In this document: piece after piece, positions 1 to 22,049 of the stretch
How the letters are laid out: every line of letters begins with the position of its first letter
How positions within the stretch are numbered: position 1 is the first letter of the stretch
NCBI RefSeq assembly: GCF_009914755.1
Contig: NC_060943.1
DNA length: 64,000 bases
Source of the DNA: the human T2T-CHM13v2.0 reference genome, Homo sapiens
Strand: one strand, 5' to 3'
Translations under genes and position numbers: made by a program
The notes under the pieces: generated by a model
Database searches by the model: none
Seen by the model: the letters and a program-made list of their open reading frames with translations, nothing else
Told to the model about the DNA's origin: nothing

Positions 1-495
1 GTGCTCTCTCAGCTGGTGGCTGGCTCTGTGCGCCCATCCTGTCCATGTACGTGGCCTGCGTCGTGTCCTTTGTCTCCTGTCAGGAGTCACCAAGTGCACT
101 TTCTGTCCTGAATGTAACGTCTGGGCACTTCCCGCCTTGGCCCTGGTGACAGGTTCTCCTCTGGGGCCTGTTGGGTGGGGGTTCCTCATCCCTGTGGCCC
201 CCAACTTCCCTGTGATGGAGATAGAGGCTGCCTTACCCAGGCTTGAGGAGAGGAGATGGGGATGGGGCCTTGGGAAGGGGCTTTCGGGTTGCAGAGGCCT
301 CCCAGGAGCAGGTGGCAGAAAAAAAGTCATCCAGGATTGGGGGGCACTTCTGGAACCCCAAAATAAGCATCATCATCAGCCTCCTGCCGTCTGGGAGGTT
401 CCAGGGGCCTCTTGTCTTCCAGCCGGGCTTGGGAGGTGCCGACTTCCCACCTGGCCTCAGGCCGTGACCACAGCAGGCCTCTCTTCTGTCTGCAG

Positions 496-582
496 CACAC
501 TTCCACCCTGGGCAGCGTGTTTGGGGACGCGTACTATGAGCAGCAGATGGCGGCCAGGCAGGCCAATGCTCTGTCCCACCAG
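496..582 (+). CDS. CRTC1: CRTC1 internal coding exon (third from last; gene begins upstream of window)
   Basis: ctgcag|CAC...CAG|gtgagc, 87 nt, [29 protein letters not shown]; splices in frame to the next exon. Confidence 0.93.
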
Positions 583-1236
583 GTGAGCGGGCGCCCAGGC
601 TGCCAGCCGGCCGGTGCCCAGGACAGATGCTTGCTGGGACCCTCGCTGGGACCCGGGCCTTGCGAGTCAGAGCTGCACGTGCTCGGGGGGCCCGTGCCTG
701 CCCCTCAGCTTTGCCCCTCGGCCCCCGCCCCGTCCCATCTGCGGGCTATGGAGGCTGAGTCCCCGGCAGGGGTGGCCTAGCGCTGCCTCCCCTGGCATCT
801 TTGCCCACCTACAGAGCGGAGGCCGAGGGCAGAGGGTGAGGGGGGGCAGGCAGCAAACGCCGGGCCAGACAGGGATGGGACCGTGGCTGTGGACGCGGCG
901 CCTCGGCATGGACCGTGCACGCGGGTTTGCCGGGAGGTCGTGCTGGCTTTGCGTGGAGGCCAGGATCGGGGGCATCCAGGGGGCTTGGTGGCAGCCTGGA
1001 GCTGCTCACTCATTTGCTCATCCATTCATCCATTCATCCAGCCAGTCTCTAGGGTGGCGGGGAGGCCCCAGGTGGCGGGTGGAGTGGGGTTCGTGCTTGG
1101 CAGCCTGGGTGCCGAGCATCCTGCAGGGACAGAGTCCCCAGCTGCGGGCAGGACAGCCACAGCAGCCAAGGGCTTGGGGTGGCCAGCTGGGCAGGCCCGC
1201 GGTGGCCCTCACAGCCTGGTGTGCCTCCCTTCCCAG

Positions 1237-1417
1237 CTGGAGCAGTTCAACATGATGGAGAACGCCATCAGCTCCAGCAGCCTGTACAGCCCGGGCTCCA
1301 CACTCAACTACTCGCAGGCGGCCATGATGGGCCTCACGGGCAGCCACGGGAGCCTGCCGGACTCGCAGCAACTGGGATACGCCAGCCACAGTGGCATCCC
1401 CAACATCATCCTCACAG
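1237..1417 (+). CDS. CRTC1: CRTC1 penultimate exon, includes PNIILT calcineurin-docking (PxIxIT-type) motif
   Basis: tcccag|CTG...ACAG|gtgagg, 181 nt, [20 protein letters not shown]...GIPNIILT; phase 1 end matches last exon. Confidence 0.95.
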
Positions 1418-2766
1418 GTGAGGCCAGGCCGGGGGCGCGTGTGCGGCGCCCCAAGGGGCCTCAGCCCGTGCGGAGACAGCCAGAGACTGCTGTCCCGCAG
1501 CAGGAGGGTTGACAGGGCCGGGGTTGTGACCCAAGCTTGATGGGGGCCTGAGGAGGCCACACCCCCTCTCCCCTGAATTTGACTCACTCCTGGGCTTCGG
1601 GCCAGGCCAGGCCAGGGAGATGCCTCTGGACCAGACGTCCCGTGCATAGGATAGAGACGGTCACTCTCCCCTCTCGGCGGCCTCCTGTCTGGCCAAGCAG
1701 CCCGGGTAAAGGTGAAGCAGCCGGGTACACGGTGCCCACTGCCCAGGCCACTGACCTGTCAGCTGAATGTGCACCAGGGTCAGGGACGGCTGTGGGGTGG
1801 GCCCTGTCTGGTGAGCCCAGCCTGGGCAGCCAGCTAACAGGTCAGGGCCGTGATGCACCGTGACAACCACGCCCAAGCAGTCTGAGCACGGCGCCTGGGC
1901 TCCTGGGGACAAGCCAGCCCCGTCCTGCATGGCACATATCAGGAAGACCCGGCTCCATCTAGCACAGAACCCAGACCCTGTCTCCCTGCTGAAGAAGATG
2001 ATTCCCTTATGAGTCAGGGCTGCTGGATTGAGGGTGATGCGCCCCCTGGCAGTCCTCACTGGCCTCTTCCAGGCTGGAAGTGTCCGTATTTAGTGCTCCC
2101 CCACTGTGGCCTGGGCTCTGAGTGCAGAATCCAGCACCTCCTTCCCACCCCTCGGGTGTAGGCAGCAGTTGACGAGAAATTCAAGGGTGGACGCGCCAGC
2201 CTCAGACTCAGGAGAAGAATCAGAATCTGACCCCCGCAATGGCCTCAAGAGCCCAGAAAGACAGGGCGTTTCAGCCCCATTTCTCAGACCTGGAACCTGA
2301 GTGTAGGTGGAAGCCTAGGTTTGAACCCGGGTCTTTGTGGGGGAACTGAGGATTCCCTCCAGCCCTAGCAGCAGCTGGGTCCCCACAGTCACTCCAGCCT
2401 GCTTCTCAGTGACTCGTGCCGAGCAGCCCTCATGGCTGAGGGAGCCGGGGAGGTCCCTGCCCTCGCCAGGTCATGCTGACGTGCATCAGTGACACAGCCC
2501 TTGGCCCGAGGCTTCTCCTTGGTGCTCCTGACATCTGGAGCTGACATCTAGGGCCAGACTGGTCTCTGGGGTCCAGGCACTGTAGGGTGCTGAGCAGCAT
2601 CTCATGTGCTGGCCCCTCCCCCAGTCATGACAGCTGGAATGTCCCCAGACATTGCCAGCATACCCAGGGGACAGAGTCGCCCGGCGGGCATGCCTGGTCC
2701 GACACATGGATGCGAGCGATGGAGCCAGGGCTAAGCAGTGCCTTTTGTCCCCACCCCATCCCCCAG

Positions 2767-2978
2767 TGACAGGAGAGTCCCCCCCCAGCCTCTCTAAAGA
2801 ACTGACCAGCTCTCTGGCCGGGGTCGGCGACGTCAGCTTCGACTCCGACAGCCAGTTTCCCCTGGACGAACTCAAGATCGACCCCCTGACCCTCGACGGA
2901 CTGCACATGCTCAACGACCCCGACATGGTTCTGGCCGACCCAGCCACCGAGGACACCTTCCGGATGGACCGCCTGTGA
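2767..2978 (+). CDS. CRTC1: CRTC1 last exon, coding part (C-terminal transactivation domain)
   Basis: ccccag|TG ACA GGA; (V)[19 protein letters not shown]...[12 protein letters not shown] then TGA, the TORC/CRTC family C-terminus. Confidence 0.96.
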
Positions 2979-3527
2979 GCGGGCACGCCGGCACCCTGCC
3001 GCTCAGCCGTCCCGACGGCGCCTCCCCAGCCCGGGGACGGCCGTGCTCCGTCCCTCGCCAACGGCCGAGCTTGTGATTCTGAGCTTGCAATGCCGCCAAG
3101 CGCCCCCCGCCAGCCCGCCCCCGGTTGTCCACCTCCCGCGAAGCCCAATCGCGAGGCCGCGAGCCGGGCCGTCCACCCACCCGCCCGCCCAGGGCTGGGC
3201 TGGGATCGGAGGCCGTGAGCCTCCCGCCCCTGCAGACCCTCCCTGCACTGGCTCCCTCGCCCCCAGCCCCGGGGCCTGAGCCGTCCCCTGTAAGATGCGG
3301 GAAGTGTCAGCTCCCGGCGTGGCGGGCAGGCTCAGGGGAGGGGCGCGCATGGTCCGCCAGGGCTGTGGGCCGTGGCGCATTTTCCGACTGTTTGTCCAGC
3401 TCTCACTGCCTTCCTTGGTTCCCGGTCCCCCAGCCCATCCGCCATCCCCAGCCCGTGGTCAGGTAGAGAGTGAGCCCCACGCCGCCCCAGGGAGGAGGCG
3501 CCAGAGCGCGGGGCAGACGCAAAGTGA

Positions 3528-3533
3528 AATAAA
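3528..3533 (+). terminator. CRTC1: Proximal alternative polyadenylation signal of CRTC1
   Basis: AATAAA followed by ...ctgtcttttatatttct (GU/U-rich downstream element). Confidence 0.55.
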
Positions 3534-6294
3534 CACTATTTTGACGGCTGTCTTTTATATTTCTGAGCACACACAGAGCCCTGGCGTCCACCGGGGCAGG
3601 CGCAAAGTGGACAGAGCATGCAGGGCGGCGGACCCCCCCACGACCCTCCTCGCCCTGTCTCCATCCCCTCGAAGCCCTGCCTCACCGCAGGCAGGCCCAT
3701 CGGTGGCCACCTTTGCCGGGAAGTGACCGGAAGGCCCCGTGAGGGGTCGAACGCGGAGGCAGGGGTTACCTCTTGGGGCTTTACAATCCGTGGCCCCTCC
3801 TGTCCTGCACTGTGGTCACCGGTCCTGTCATAGATGCTGTTAATTTAAGGTACAGGCAGAGGTGGCCAGGGGAGTTTCATTGTGGTTTTTTTTTCCTTTT
3901 AGTTTCTAGTTACATTTTGGTTGTAGATGACTCGCTTAATCTTTTAAGCCAACACTTGCCTGAGAGCATGTTTTTATTTCAGAAATCCAACTTTACCTAT
4001 TTTTTAAGCTAACTGGAAATGGAGGCCATGCGCCCCAAAGCAGCCCGCCACCCACCTGAGTGTAAGAAGTGAGTCCGGCTTTTGGGTTTCACCCCAAGTT
4101 ATCTCAAAACAAAAGGGCTGGTCAGGCTGGGCAGGGCCTTGTCAGGAGCTCACGGTAGGCAGAGGTGCCTCTGCCAGGGCCACAGAACAGACTTCCGGGA
4201 AGGGGCCTTGGCTTTTATTGAGGGTCTCTCAAAGACCCAGCCTGCCAGCCTCTCCCAGAGGTGCCTGCTAGTCCTTAGAGTGTGTGTGTGAAGATGCCAT
4301 GACCAGTGGCAGCTGAGACCTCTCTGCCCCAAGAGTGTGGGGGACTGGCAGGGAGCGAGGGTCCCCGAGACGAGGACCACGGTCCTCCCTGAGAACCTGG
4401 GTGGAACTGGCATTTCATCCCCTCTCCACCCTACCCTCTGGCTCCTAGCCCACACCCCCTCTCTTGGGCAGCGTGGTCTGCTGGCTGCCCCTTCTTGGCA
4501 GCTCAGGGTCGTGGCAGGTGGACTTGGAGACACACAGCAGTGTGTGTTTTAGTGGCAGGTTTCAGGAGCACCTCTAAGACCAGGGTGACAGGGTACTTGG
4601 GAGCTGTCCTGGACCCTCCCCATACCACGGGCCCTGCAAGGGAGGCATCAGGGCTGGCTTTGTTTTCTGCTGTTCTTGGAATAGGAACTGCTGTTCTGAT
4701 CCCCCCAAAACTGCATTGCGGCTCTCGCTCGCTCCTGCCTGCCGGGACAGCGCCTTCTGCTGAGTCCGTTTATTTGTAGTGTCATGGCTGCTGCTTTCAC
4801 TGGGGTCCTGGGCACCCTGGCTTCTGTCCTCAGAGCTGGGTTTGATCCTAGCAACCATCCCTTCCTCTCTTTGCCCGGCAATGCCTTTGGCATGTGTCTG
4901 AGCAGCCAAGTGGCCACTCATAGGAGAAGGCTCCCTGGTCACGTTGCTCCTGCTGCCGTCTTGTTCCAAGGTGCGGGGGGGACACTGTTGGTCTGTCCAG
5001 GTCAAGGTCCCTTTCTCTTACCATGACAGAGGCTGGGGGCAGACAGCGGGGACTTTTTTTTTTTTTTAAGAAAAACTACATGTACATAGGAGAGTTTCAT
5101 TACCATTAGACTTGTATGTAGGACTTAAAAAAAAATGGCCTTAATAAAATTACAAGCAACCCGCCTGGATGCGGTTTTCAAAAGAAGGCATTGAGGACCA
5201 TGCTAGGAAACCTCATACCCCATCCGTCCAACCTCCGGCGGGCGCCACTGCTTGTCCTCTGGTCTTCGGTGTGGACAGATAGGAGAGGAGGGATGCCCAC
5301 CTCGGAGCATCCCAGGCCCGTGGCCCATTTTCAGCATCCTGAAGCCAGATTCACAGTGACATTGTGTTAACGTGACGACCTTGGTCCATTATGGAGTTCT
5401 TTTTCCAATAAGAACCTGGTGGACCGAGGTCCGAGCTTGCCAGGGACAGTGGGGCCCACGCGAGTACCCGGGGCCCAGCCAGGAGCCAGCAGCCAGGCGT
5501 CCCTGTGTTCCAGAAGGATTCACGCCCCTCCTGGACCTGGGCGGGCCTCCCAGGGGGTCTGTATCACGGCCTTTTGTGTGTGCGTACGTGTGGTTTTTTT
5601 AAATATCACTACTACATATTCTTGAATTGCCAAGACTTTCTGAAACAAGACAGCTTAAGGGAATCAGCCTTTTGCTTTGTGATGTGAAAATACTGTGATT
5701 TGACGAGCCGCTTCCTGAGGGGCAGGCCCACGTGGGGAGGTTGCGCCGTGTACATAGACCCGCCGTCTGTGTCCTTGGTCAGGCCCGGATGCTTGGTCTA
5801 CACTGGGTTAGAGGCTGCTCTCCCCACGCACCCATGTGCTCATGGCTTCTGCAGACCCTCTGCTGGGTACATCGGTCCCCTACGGCGAAGTTCAGCCAGG
5901 GCTCTCCCTCCTGAGAGCATGGCGTCCCCACCTTCCTGTTTCGCCGACGTCACTACCCAGGGTGGCAAGTCTTGCAGGCAGAGGGTGTAGCCCAAGTTCA
6001 GCCTCTCTCTGTGTCCTCCAGAGAAGAGGGTTCTTTGCCCTCATCAGGGCCCTGCTTGTGGGTTTTCGGCTCTGGGGAGGAGAGTGTTGGCATCAGTGTG
6101 TTTGGCCTGATTTCTTCAGGGGGCCAAGCTCCCGGGAGGACCCCTAGCCAGGAGGGCCCCCCATGTCCATCCATCCCTCCTGCTGGGGCTTGGATGTCAG
6201 GCTTGGGGGCTGTGAGCTGGGACCTCGCCTGAGCCCGGTCAGGTGGGACAGGAGCCTGCCAGAAGCCCATGGGGGGCCAGGCCGGGTGGCTTCT

Positions 6295-6423
6295 ATTTTA
6301 TTTTTTTAGAGATGGGGTCTTGCTGTGTTGCCCAGGCTGGTCTCGGACTCCTGGGCTCAAGCAGTCCTCCCTCCTCGGCCTCCCAAAGTTCTGGGGCTAC
6401 AGGTGTGAGCCACTTCTGCCCAG
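6295..6423 (-). mobile_element. Alu monomer (FLAM-like) in CRTC1 3'UTR
   Basis: ttttagagatggggtcttgctgtgttgcccaggctgg...aggtgtgagccac. Confidence 0.85.
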
Positions 6424-7905
6424 CATCCCAGGCCTGAACAGCCTTGGCAGGACCCGTCCCTAGAGGGGGCTCTGGTGCCTCCCTTAGGTGGGCCTTGAGC
6501 TGGTTTTTAACCAAACATCCTTCCAAACTCGGGCTGCGACCTGCTTCCTGAGTTTTCTGTATTTCCAAGGAGCCCTCCGACCAGGGAGAGGCTGGTGGAG
6601 TAAGGTCCAGCGGTATTCGGGGGTCCTCTGTCACCTCGCCCTGAAAACAGCAGCTCCCATCACCTTCACTGGGTCCCGATGGAGCCGTCTCAGAGGCCGA
6701 GGGGCCCTCTGTGTGGGGGTGGGACGCAGGGGCTCTCAGAGCAAGGGCCACAAAGCCGATGGCACAGATGTGCCCCTGGGCCTGGCCCGTCACCCACATG
6801 TGGTGCCCTGGGCCAGGGCGTGCGGGCGCCAGAGCCTTCCCTACACAGCCTAAGAGCAGGGGCAAGACTCGGCCCCTCACTCACCCTGGGAGGCCTGCCT
6901 GGGCTACATGGACACCTGGGTCTCTTTCTACCCCCATTCACCATGGACCAGGGGCCTCCATTTCCTGGGGGCTCTTGCGGCATGTGATTTGGGGGTCCCT
7001 GGGACATTCTCCCGTCAGCTCCACCTGAGCCAAGTGTCCTGTTCCCTGCGGCCCTTGGCCTTCCAGGGTCCTGGCCAGGCAGGGGTCAGGCACCCCATAC
7101 TCTTCCGTGTGGCACAGGTGTCCACCCACCCCCACTGGCCACAGACACCATTCTCCCCCTGGGAGCAGGAGGTGGAGTAAGTTGTACCCCCAGGCCTGGG
7201 TGCTGGGGAGTTCCTGAGGGCATGGGTGGGGCAGGAGTGAGTGCCTCGTGATCCCAGCCTCAGTTTCTCTCTTGTCACTTTCTCAAACCTGCAGGTCTCA
7301 GGGCCCCGGGCTCCTCCTGGGCAGGATGGGGGGCAGGGGCTGGGCCTTGGGGTGGTGCTGGCTCTGATGATTCCAGAGCCTGTATCCACCTTCTGGGCTC
7401 CTGGCCAGCACCCCACCCCCAGGAGCCAGGGACAGGTGGCATGTGTTGGGGTCGGGGGATGGCCCCCATCTCGAAGTGTTCTGGAATTTGGGGGCAACCC
7501 TTGCCCAGCCCAGCCATCAAGAACTTCTGATCTCCTGCCCACCAGGAGGGGACTTAGCCATGGACTTGGCCAGTAGGCCTGGGGAGGGAGGGCTTTGGCA
7601 GCCAAAGTCCACTGGCCCTGCCGTGCCCCTGAGTAGGAAACTGTCCCCTAGGGGCTGGGTGGCCCCACTGATATATGCAAACCCGCCGGTCCGAGCCCTG
7701 TTCCTGCCTGTGCTCCTCTGTGCCCAGGCTGGCTCTCCCCCAACCCTAGCATGTATACTCTGCCACGGACGTCCCGTGGGCCATGATTGTGGGCGGCCGC
7801 AGCGGGCGGGGGCAGGCGGCTCAGGGCACACTCGGCCGTCCCTGCCCCATCCTCTGGCAGGGCTGCTTTTGTCTTTGTACCTTTGCATCCTTTGTAATGA
7901 AACGT

Positions 7906-7911
7906 AATAAA
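7906..7911 (+). terminator. CRTC1: Distal polyadenylation signal of CRTC1
   Basis: AATAAA preceded by TGTA elements (tttgtac, tttgtaa) and followed by a T-rich tract. Confidence 0.75.
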
Positions 7912-8025
7912 AATCCAACGTTTTCGTCACTGGCTCTTCCTCTTTTTTCTGAGCCCCTCCCTCCTCCCTCAGGGGTGACACATGGGCGTGGCAGGTGCAC
8001 TGGCAGGTGCCTCAACCCTTCCGAA

Positions 8026-8050
8026 CACACACACACACACACACACACAC
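8026..8050. repeat. (CA)n microsatellite between CRTC1 and COMP 3' ends
   Basis: Direct reading of the AC run. Confidence 0.9.
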
Positions 8051-8335
8051 CCCAGACCAGGCAAGGGAAGGGGTCCCCAAAGCTGGGACAACTGGGAACC
8101 TGCCCCCCAGAATCCTGGGGCGGACACTGTATCGGGGTCTCAGCTCTTCCATGGCTGGCATCCAGGCCTGTGACCATGAGGTGGTGGGTCGTGGAGGTGG
8201 ACCCAGGGGCCTCCCCAAATCCCAAATCACAGTTGGACAGTCCCTGGCAGGCCACTGGCACTCAGCAGCAGCTGCAGCACTGAGGCCTTGGTTTGGGGTT
8301 CCCTGGCCCGACCCTCCCTCAGAGGCCCGTCCCTA

Positions 8336-16934
<8,599 letters not shown>

Positions 16935-17158
16935 CCCAAGGCACGGCCGGCCCCAGGGACGGCCCACCACAGCCCTGCCCAACGTCCAGCCTCAAGGTAA
17001 ACAGATGGCGCTGGCCCCTGCGTTCAAGTCCCCGCCCGGAATGCCCCGCGAAGTCGCCCGCGGCTGAATCCGACATGGTGGGGAAACTGAGTCCCGGGGT
17101 CTGTGGAGAGAGCTGGTGGGGCAGGGAGTCAGGGGGTACTGCCCCCACTTTCATTCAC

Positions 17159-17198
17159 TGTGTGTGTGCGTCTGTGTGTGTGTGTGTGTGTGTGTGTG
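17159..17198. repeat. (TG)n microsatellite ~250 bp upstream of COMP TSS
   Basis: Interrupted TG run. Confidence 0.9.
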
Positions 17199-18599
17199 AC
17201 GGGGTGTGGCTGTATCGCATCCTCTTGCTTCAGTCTCCCATGTAGCTGGGACTACAAGCCCGCACCACCAAGTCCAGCTAATTTATTTTTATTTTTATTT
17301 TTATTTTTAGAGACCGGGTCTGGCTATGTCCTGCAGGCTAGTAGTCTCAAACTCCCGGCCTCAAGCGATACTCCCCACATAACTGGGATTACAGGATCCA
17401 GCCATAGCATTCAGCTCATTGATTGATTGATTGATTGAGTGCTTGCTGTATGCCAAACCTGAGTTCCAGTTCCAAACAAGGCAGGCTCCATGGCCACGCT
17501 CTCAGCTCACACTTCGGGAAACAGAGTCACCAGCGTCTGAAAAAATAGGTCCACCCACTATGGATCAGACTGACTGGCCCTCCACTCCTCCTGAAGTGCT
17601 TCAAAACTGGGTAAGTTGCTGGGTGCGGTGGCTCACACCTGTAATCCCAGCACTTTGGGAAGCCAAGGCGGGCAGATCACCTGAGGTCAGGAGTTTGAGA
17701 CCAGCCTGGCTAACATGGTGAAACCCCATCTCTACTAAAAGTACAAAAATTACCCAGGCGTAATTCCTCCCTTGCACAATGGAGGTAATAAGTTAATAAT
17801 TATTAATTAATGATTAATAGTAATGATGATTATGATGATGAATGGAAAATAGGGGAGGGGCAGTTGAGACCTGGGACTCTCAATTTTCCTGCCTCTGTCC
17901 AAGGAGGCCGCTTCTGGCCCCAACGCTGGAGGGCTGCAAATGACTCCCCCCAACCCAACTCATTGCTGGTGTTCCCTCCCCTCCCCATGGTCCCTCGGCT
18001 GGTGGAGGAGGGGACAGCGTTCAGGATCTTGCCCCAACCCCTGTCCAAGGGGACAGGCCCACTTGGTTTTCCAATCTGCGCAATGGGGTGTGAGGCCCCC
18101 ATCTGGAGGGGAGCAAGTTAAAGGGCTCTAGCAAGGGGAGGTCCGGGGCTTCTGTTTGTCCAGGCTGTGCCATACCTTCCAAACTGTGCTCCAGCTGCTG
18201 TGGGAACAGCCTGTAATAAAAATAAAAGTTACCGCTAACTGGCCAGCCACACTCTGGAGTTACAAAACCCCTTAACCTCCTGCAATCAGTTAACACTCTC
18301 CACTCCCACCTTCCAGTACTCACAGCGTCTATTCTATAGACAGAGAAACTGAGGCCCAGAGAGAAAAAGTGACTGGCCTAAGGCCACTGCCCGAGGGCAG
18401 GGGTGAATCTAGACTCAGAGCCAGATATGTTTTCTGGGGAGCCTACAGAGAAGTCACCGAGGGCTTCCTGGAGGAGGTAGCAAGGAGACAGACATAAAAG
18501 AAAAGGAGGACTTGGATCAGCAGAGGGAAAAGGTGAGGGCAGTTTTGGTGGAGGGAAGCATGTGAAGCTTGGAGGTGGGGACATTTCTAGACACAATAA

Positions 18600-18930
18600 T
18601 TATTTCACAAACATCAAGGACTGTTGTGTGTCATGTCTCCTGTGCTGGGTGATGGGCACACAGGGTGAAGAAGCCAGACCCAGTCTCTCCTTCAAATGGG
18701 GAGCCCAGTGGGCTCATGGCTGTGACGGGACACACAGACAATGGTAGGAGTCCCCAGGAAATTGATCTGTTTGAAAGGGGATGGGTCAGGGCGGGCTTCT
18801 GGAGGAGGAGGGACCACCAAGCTGAGGACCGGATGATGAGGAGGACACAGCCAGGCAGAGGTAGCAGAAAGTCATTCCAGGTAGAGGAAACAGCATAGGC
18901 AAAGGCCCTGAGGCAGGAACCAACCTGGCC
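18600..18930 (-). mobile_element. L2 LINE 3' fragment (old)
   Basis: Resembles reverse-complemented L2 3' end (ttccaggtagaggaaacagcataggcaaaggccctgagg). Confidence 0.6.
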
Positions 18931-20017
18931 CGTTGGATGGACTGACCTCAAGGTGACAAGCTCTTGGGGCTCAGTGAGAAGCAGGAGATGAGGCTGTGTG
19001 TGAAAGGGCAGTGCTGGTGGTGTGGGGCTCCAGTGGTCTCCCGAGGGTAATGGGGAGCCACAGAGAGTGCGTGAAGAGAGACAGGCCTATAAGTGGAGTG
19101 TTGGTGGAAGCAGCTGGTCCCAGCCAGAGCATTTCCAATGAAGCCTGTCCTCAATAGTGCCTGCCCTGCCTGCTGCCTACATTGGGGCCATGAGCTCACC
19201 TCCTGTTTTCCTTGGCCTTCAGCACACCTGGGGGCCGCTCCTGGCAGCACTGGAATTCTCGGGAAAACCACAGCTCCAGTGGGGCCTGGGGGCTGGCATA
19301 TGCTGCACACAGCTAGGACAGGAGCACATGGAAGCCAGGCCCCTGCCACAGGCTGGTCACAGTGCTGGGGCTTGGACACACGTGGCCTTATCCATGGCTG
19401 GGCCACGGGGAGTTGCAGGGAAGGGCATTCCAGGCGGAGGGAACTACAAAGGTGGAGTTCCTGAGGGTGTCCCAAGATCGGACAACAGAGGCCCGGAAAG
19501 GGGATGTCTGGGGTCACACTCCTGCCTCCTGGATCTCGCCAGCCCTGAAATCCCCCTTCTAGGCAGCAGTCCCCTCCTCCTGTGCACACCACACTTGCCT
19601 CAGATTACAGAATAACTCACTGTAGGTGTCATTCTGGGCCTTTGTACCTGCTGTTCCCCCCACCTCGTACAAACTCCTCCATCCTTCAAGGTCCAGCTAT
19701 AATGTCCCCTCCTCCAGGAAGCCTTCCCTGCTGATATTCTCCAGATAACCTTCCAGCCTAGCCATGATCCTCGGGACTGTGAGTGTCTGTGGTTTGCTCT
19801 GTCCCTCCGAGCCTGAGGGGCTCCCACCCAGGGGCCTGGACTGGTGTAGAAAGGTTAGGCTGGAGGGCTTGGTGAGCCGGGACAGCATCCCTATGATTCG
19901 TGTTCATTACTATTTTTTTTTTTTTTTTTTGAGATGGAGTCTCACTTTTGTCGCCCAGCTGGAGTGCGATGGTGCAATCTCGGCTCACTGCAACCTCTGC
20001 CTCCTGAGTTCAAGTGA

Positions 20018-20266
<249 letters not shown>

Positions 20267-20449
20267 TAAATAGAGATGGGGGTCTTATTATGTTGCCCAG
20301 GCTAGTCTCGAACTCCTGGGCTCAACAGATCCTCCTTCCTCGGCCTCTCAAAACCCTGGGATTTCAGCCACTGCACCCAGCCAACATTATCATATGAATC
20401 CTAGTAACCCCTGCCACCTCTGTACTTGATATGGCAGGGAAGGGGGCCA

Positions 20450-20776
<327 letters not shown>

Positions 20777-20779
20777 TCA

Positions 20780-20965
<186 letters not shown>

Positions 20966-22049
20966 TTATACCCTGTGCCTGTCGCTTATACCTCAGATCG
21001 TTCTTATTTCTATCTTACTCAGAGAGGAGAAGAGACAGTCTGAGGTCACACAGCCAGAATTAGAACTGAGGCATGCAAGACCCTCAAGCCCTTCATACCC
21101 GCCCTCTCTGTCCTTGCCACAGAAACAGAATCCAGCATTTCGCTGGCCCGAGCCCCTCATTAACTGGGATGTCTTCTCGGCCCAGGACCTCCTGGCCAGA
21201 GCATCTGGCCGGCGCCCCAGCCAGCCCCACACCAGGCCCCGTGGTTCCAGGAGCCCGGCCAGGCTGGGGAAGAGGGACGGGTGCCTGCATGATGGGGCCC
21301 CGGGGCCCTTCCTGGCAGACGTCTGCTCAGCCAGGAGACGTGTGGGCGCCCCGGCTCCCTGCCTCCCGCCCCCACCGTTGCCTGCCTTTGTGAATGCAGA
21401 AGGAAAGTATGTTGTGAAGGCAGCCGCCCTGCCCTGGGCGGGCCGGGCTGTAGGCCCCCAGTCTGCGGAATTCATCAGGGCGGCAGGGGAGGGCAGCTTG
21501 GCGACCTCTGCATCCTCAGCCTGCCTTGAACTGGGAGAGACGTACTGGAGGCATCTCTCTAGAAGGAACAAAAGGCAGGGGTGGGATGGGGGGCTCTGAG
21601 CTTTGAAGTCCAGGAGACGCCCCCCGACTGGCCGTGTGACCTTTGGCAGGTGCCACCTCCTCTCCCAGTCTCCTTTTTTTTTTTTTTTTTTTTGAAACAG
21701 GGTCTTGCTCTGTTGCCTGGCCTGAAGTACAGTGACAATCATAGCTCACTCATTGCAGCCTCCAACTTCTGGGCTCAAGTGATCCTCCCACCTCAGCCTC
21801 CCAAAGTGCTGGGATCACAGATGTGCACCACTGCACCCAGCCCCATTCTCCTTTTACTCAGTCCCTACCCCCATTGCATCCCAGGCTCTACTGGATGGCG
21901 ATAAAGGAAGAAGACAACAATAAATACAGTGGCTACAGTTTTCTTGAGCAAGTGCCAAATGCTTGAAACCTTACCACTCAGCCTTTGTGGGTTTTCTCTT
22001 TCTGTCATCCCTTAAGTCCCAGAAGGCAGGAATTTGTCATCATGGGAGA

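Larger units (their letters stand above)
2979..7930 (+). other. CRTC1: CRTC1 long 3'UTR (end approximate)
   Basis: Follows the stop codon; AATAAA at 3528, 5143 and 7906; distal signal followed by U-rich sequence. Confidence 0.75.

Noticed and set aside
2979-7930. Functional link between the long CRTC1 3'UTR (possible NMD substrate) and neighbouring UPF1
   Set aside because: UPF1 acts in trans in the cytoplasm; adjacency is not evidence of a shared system.
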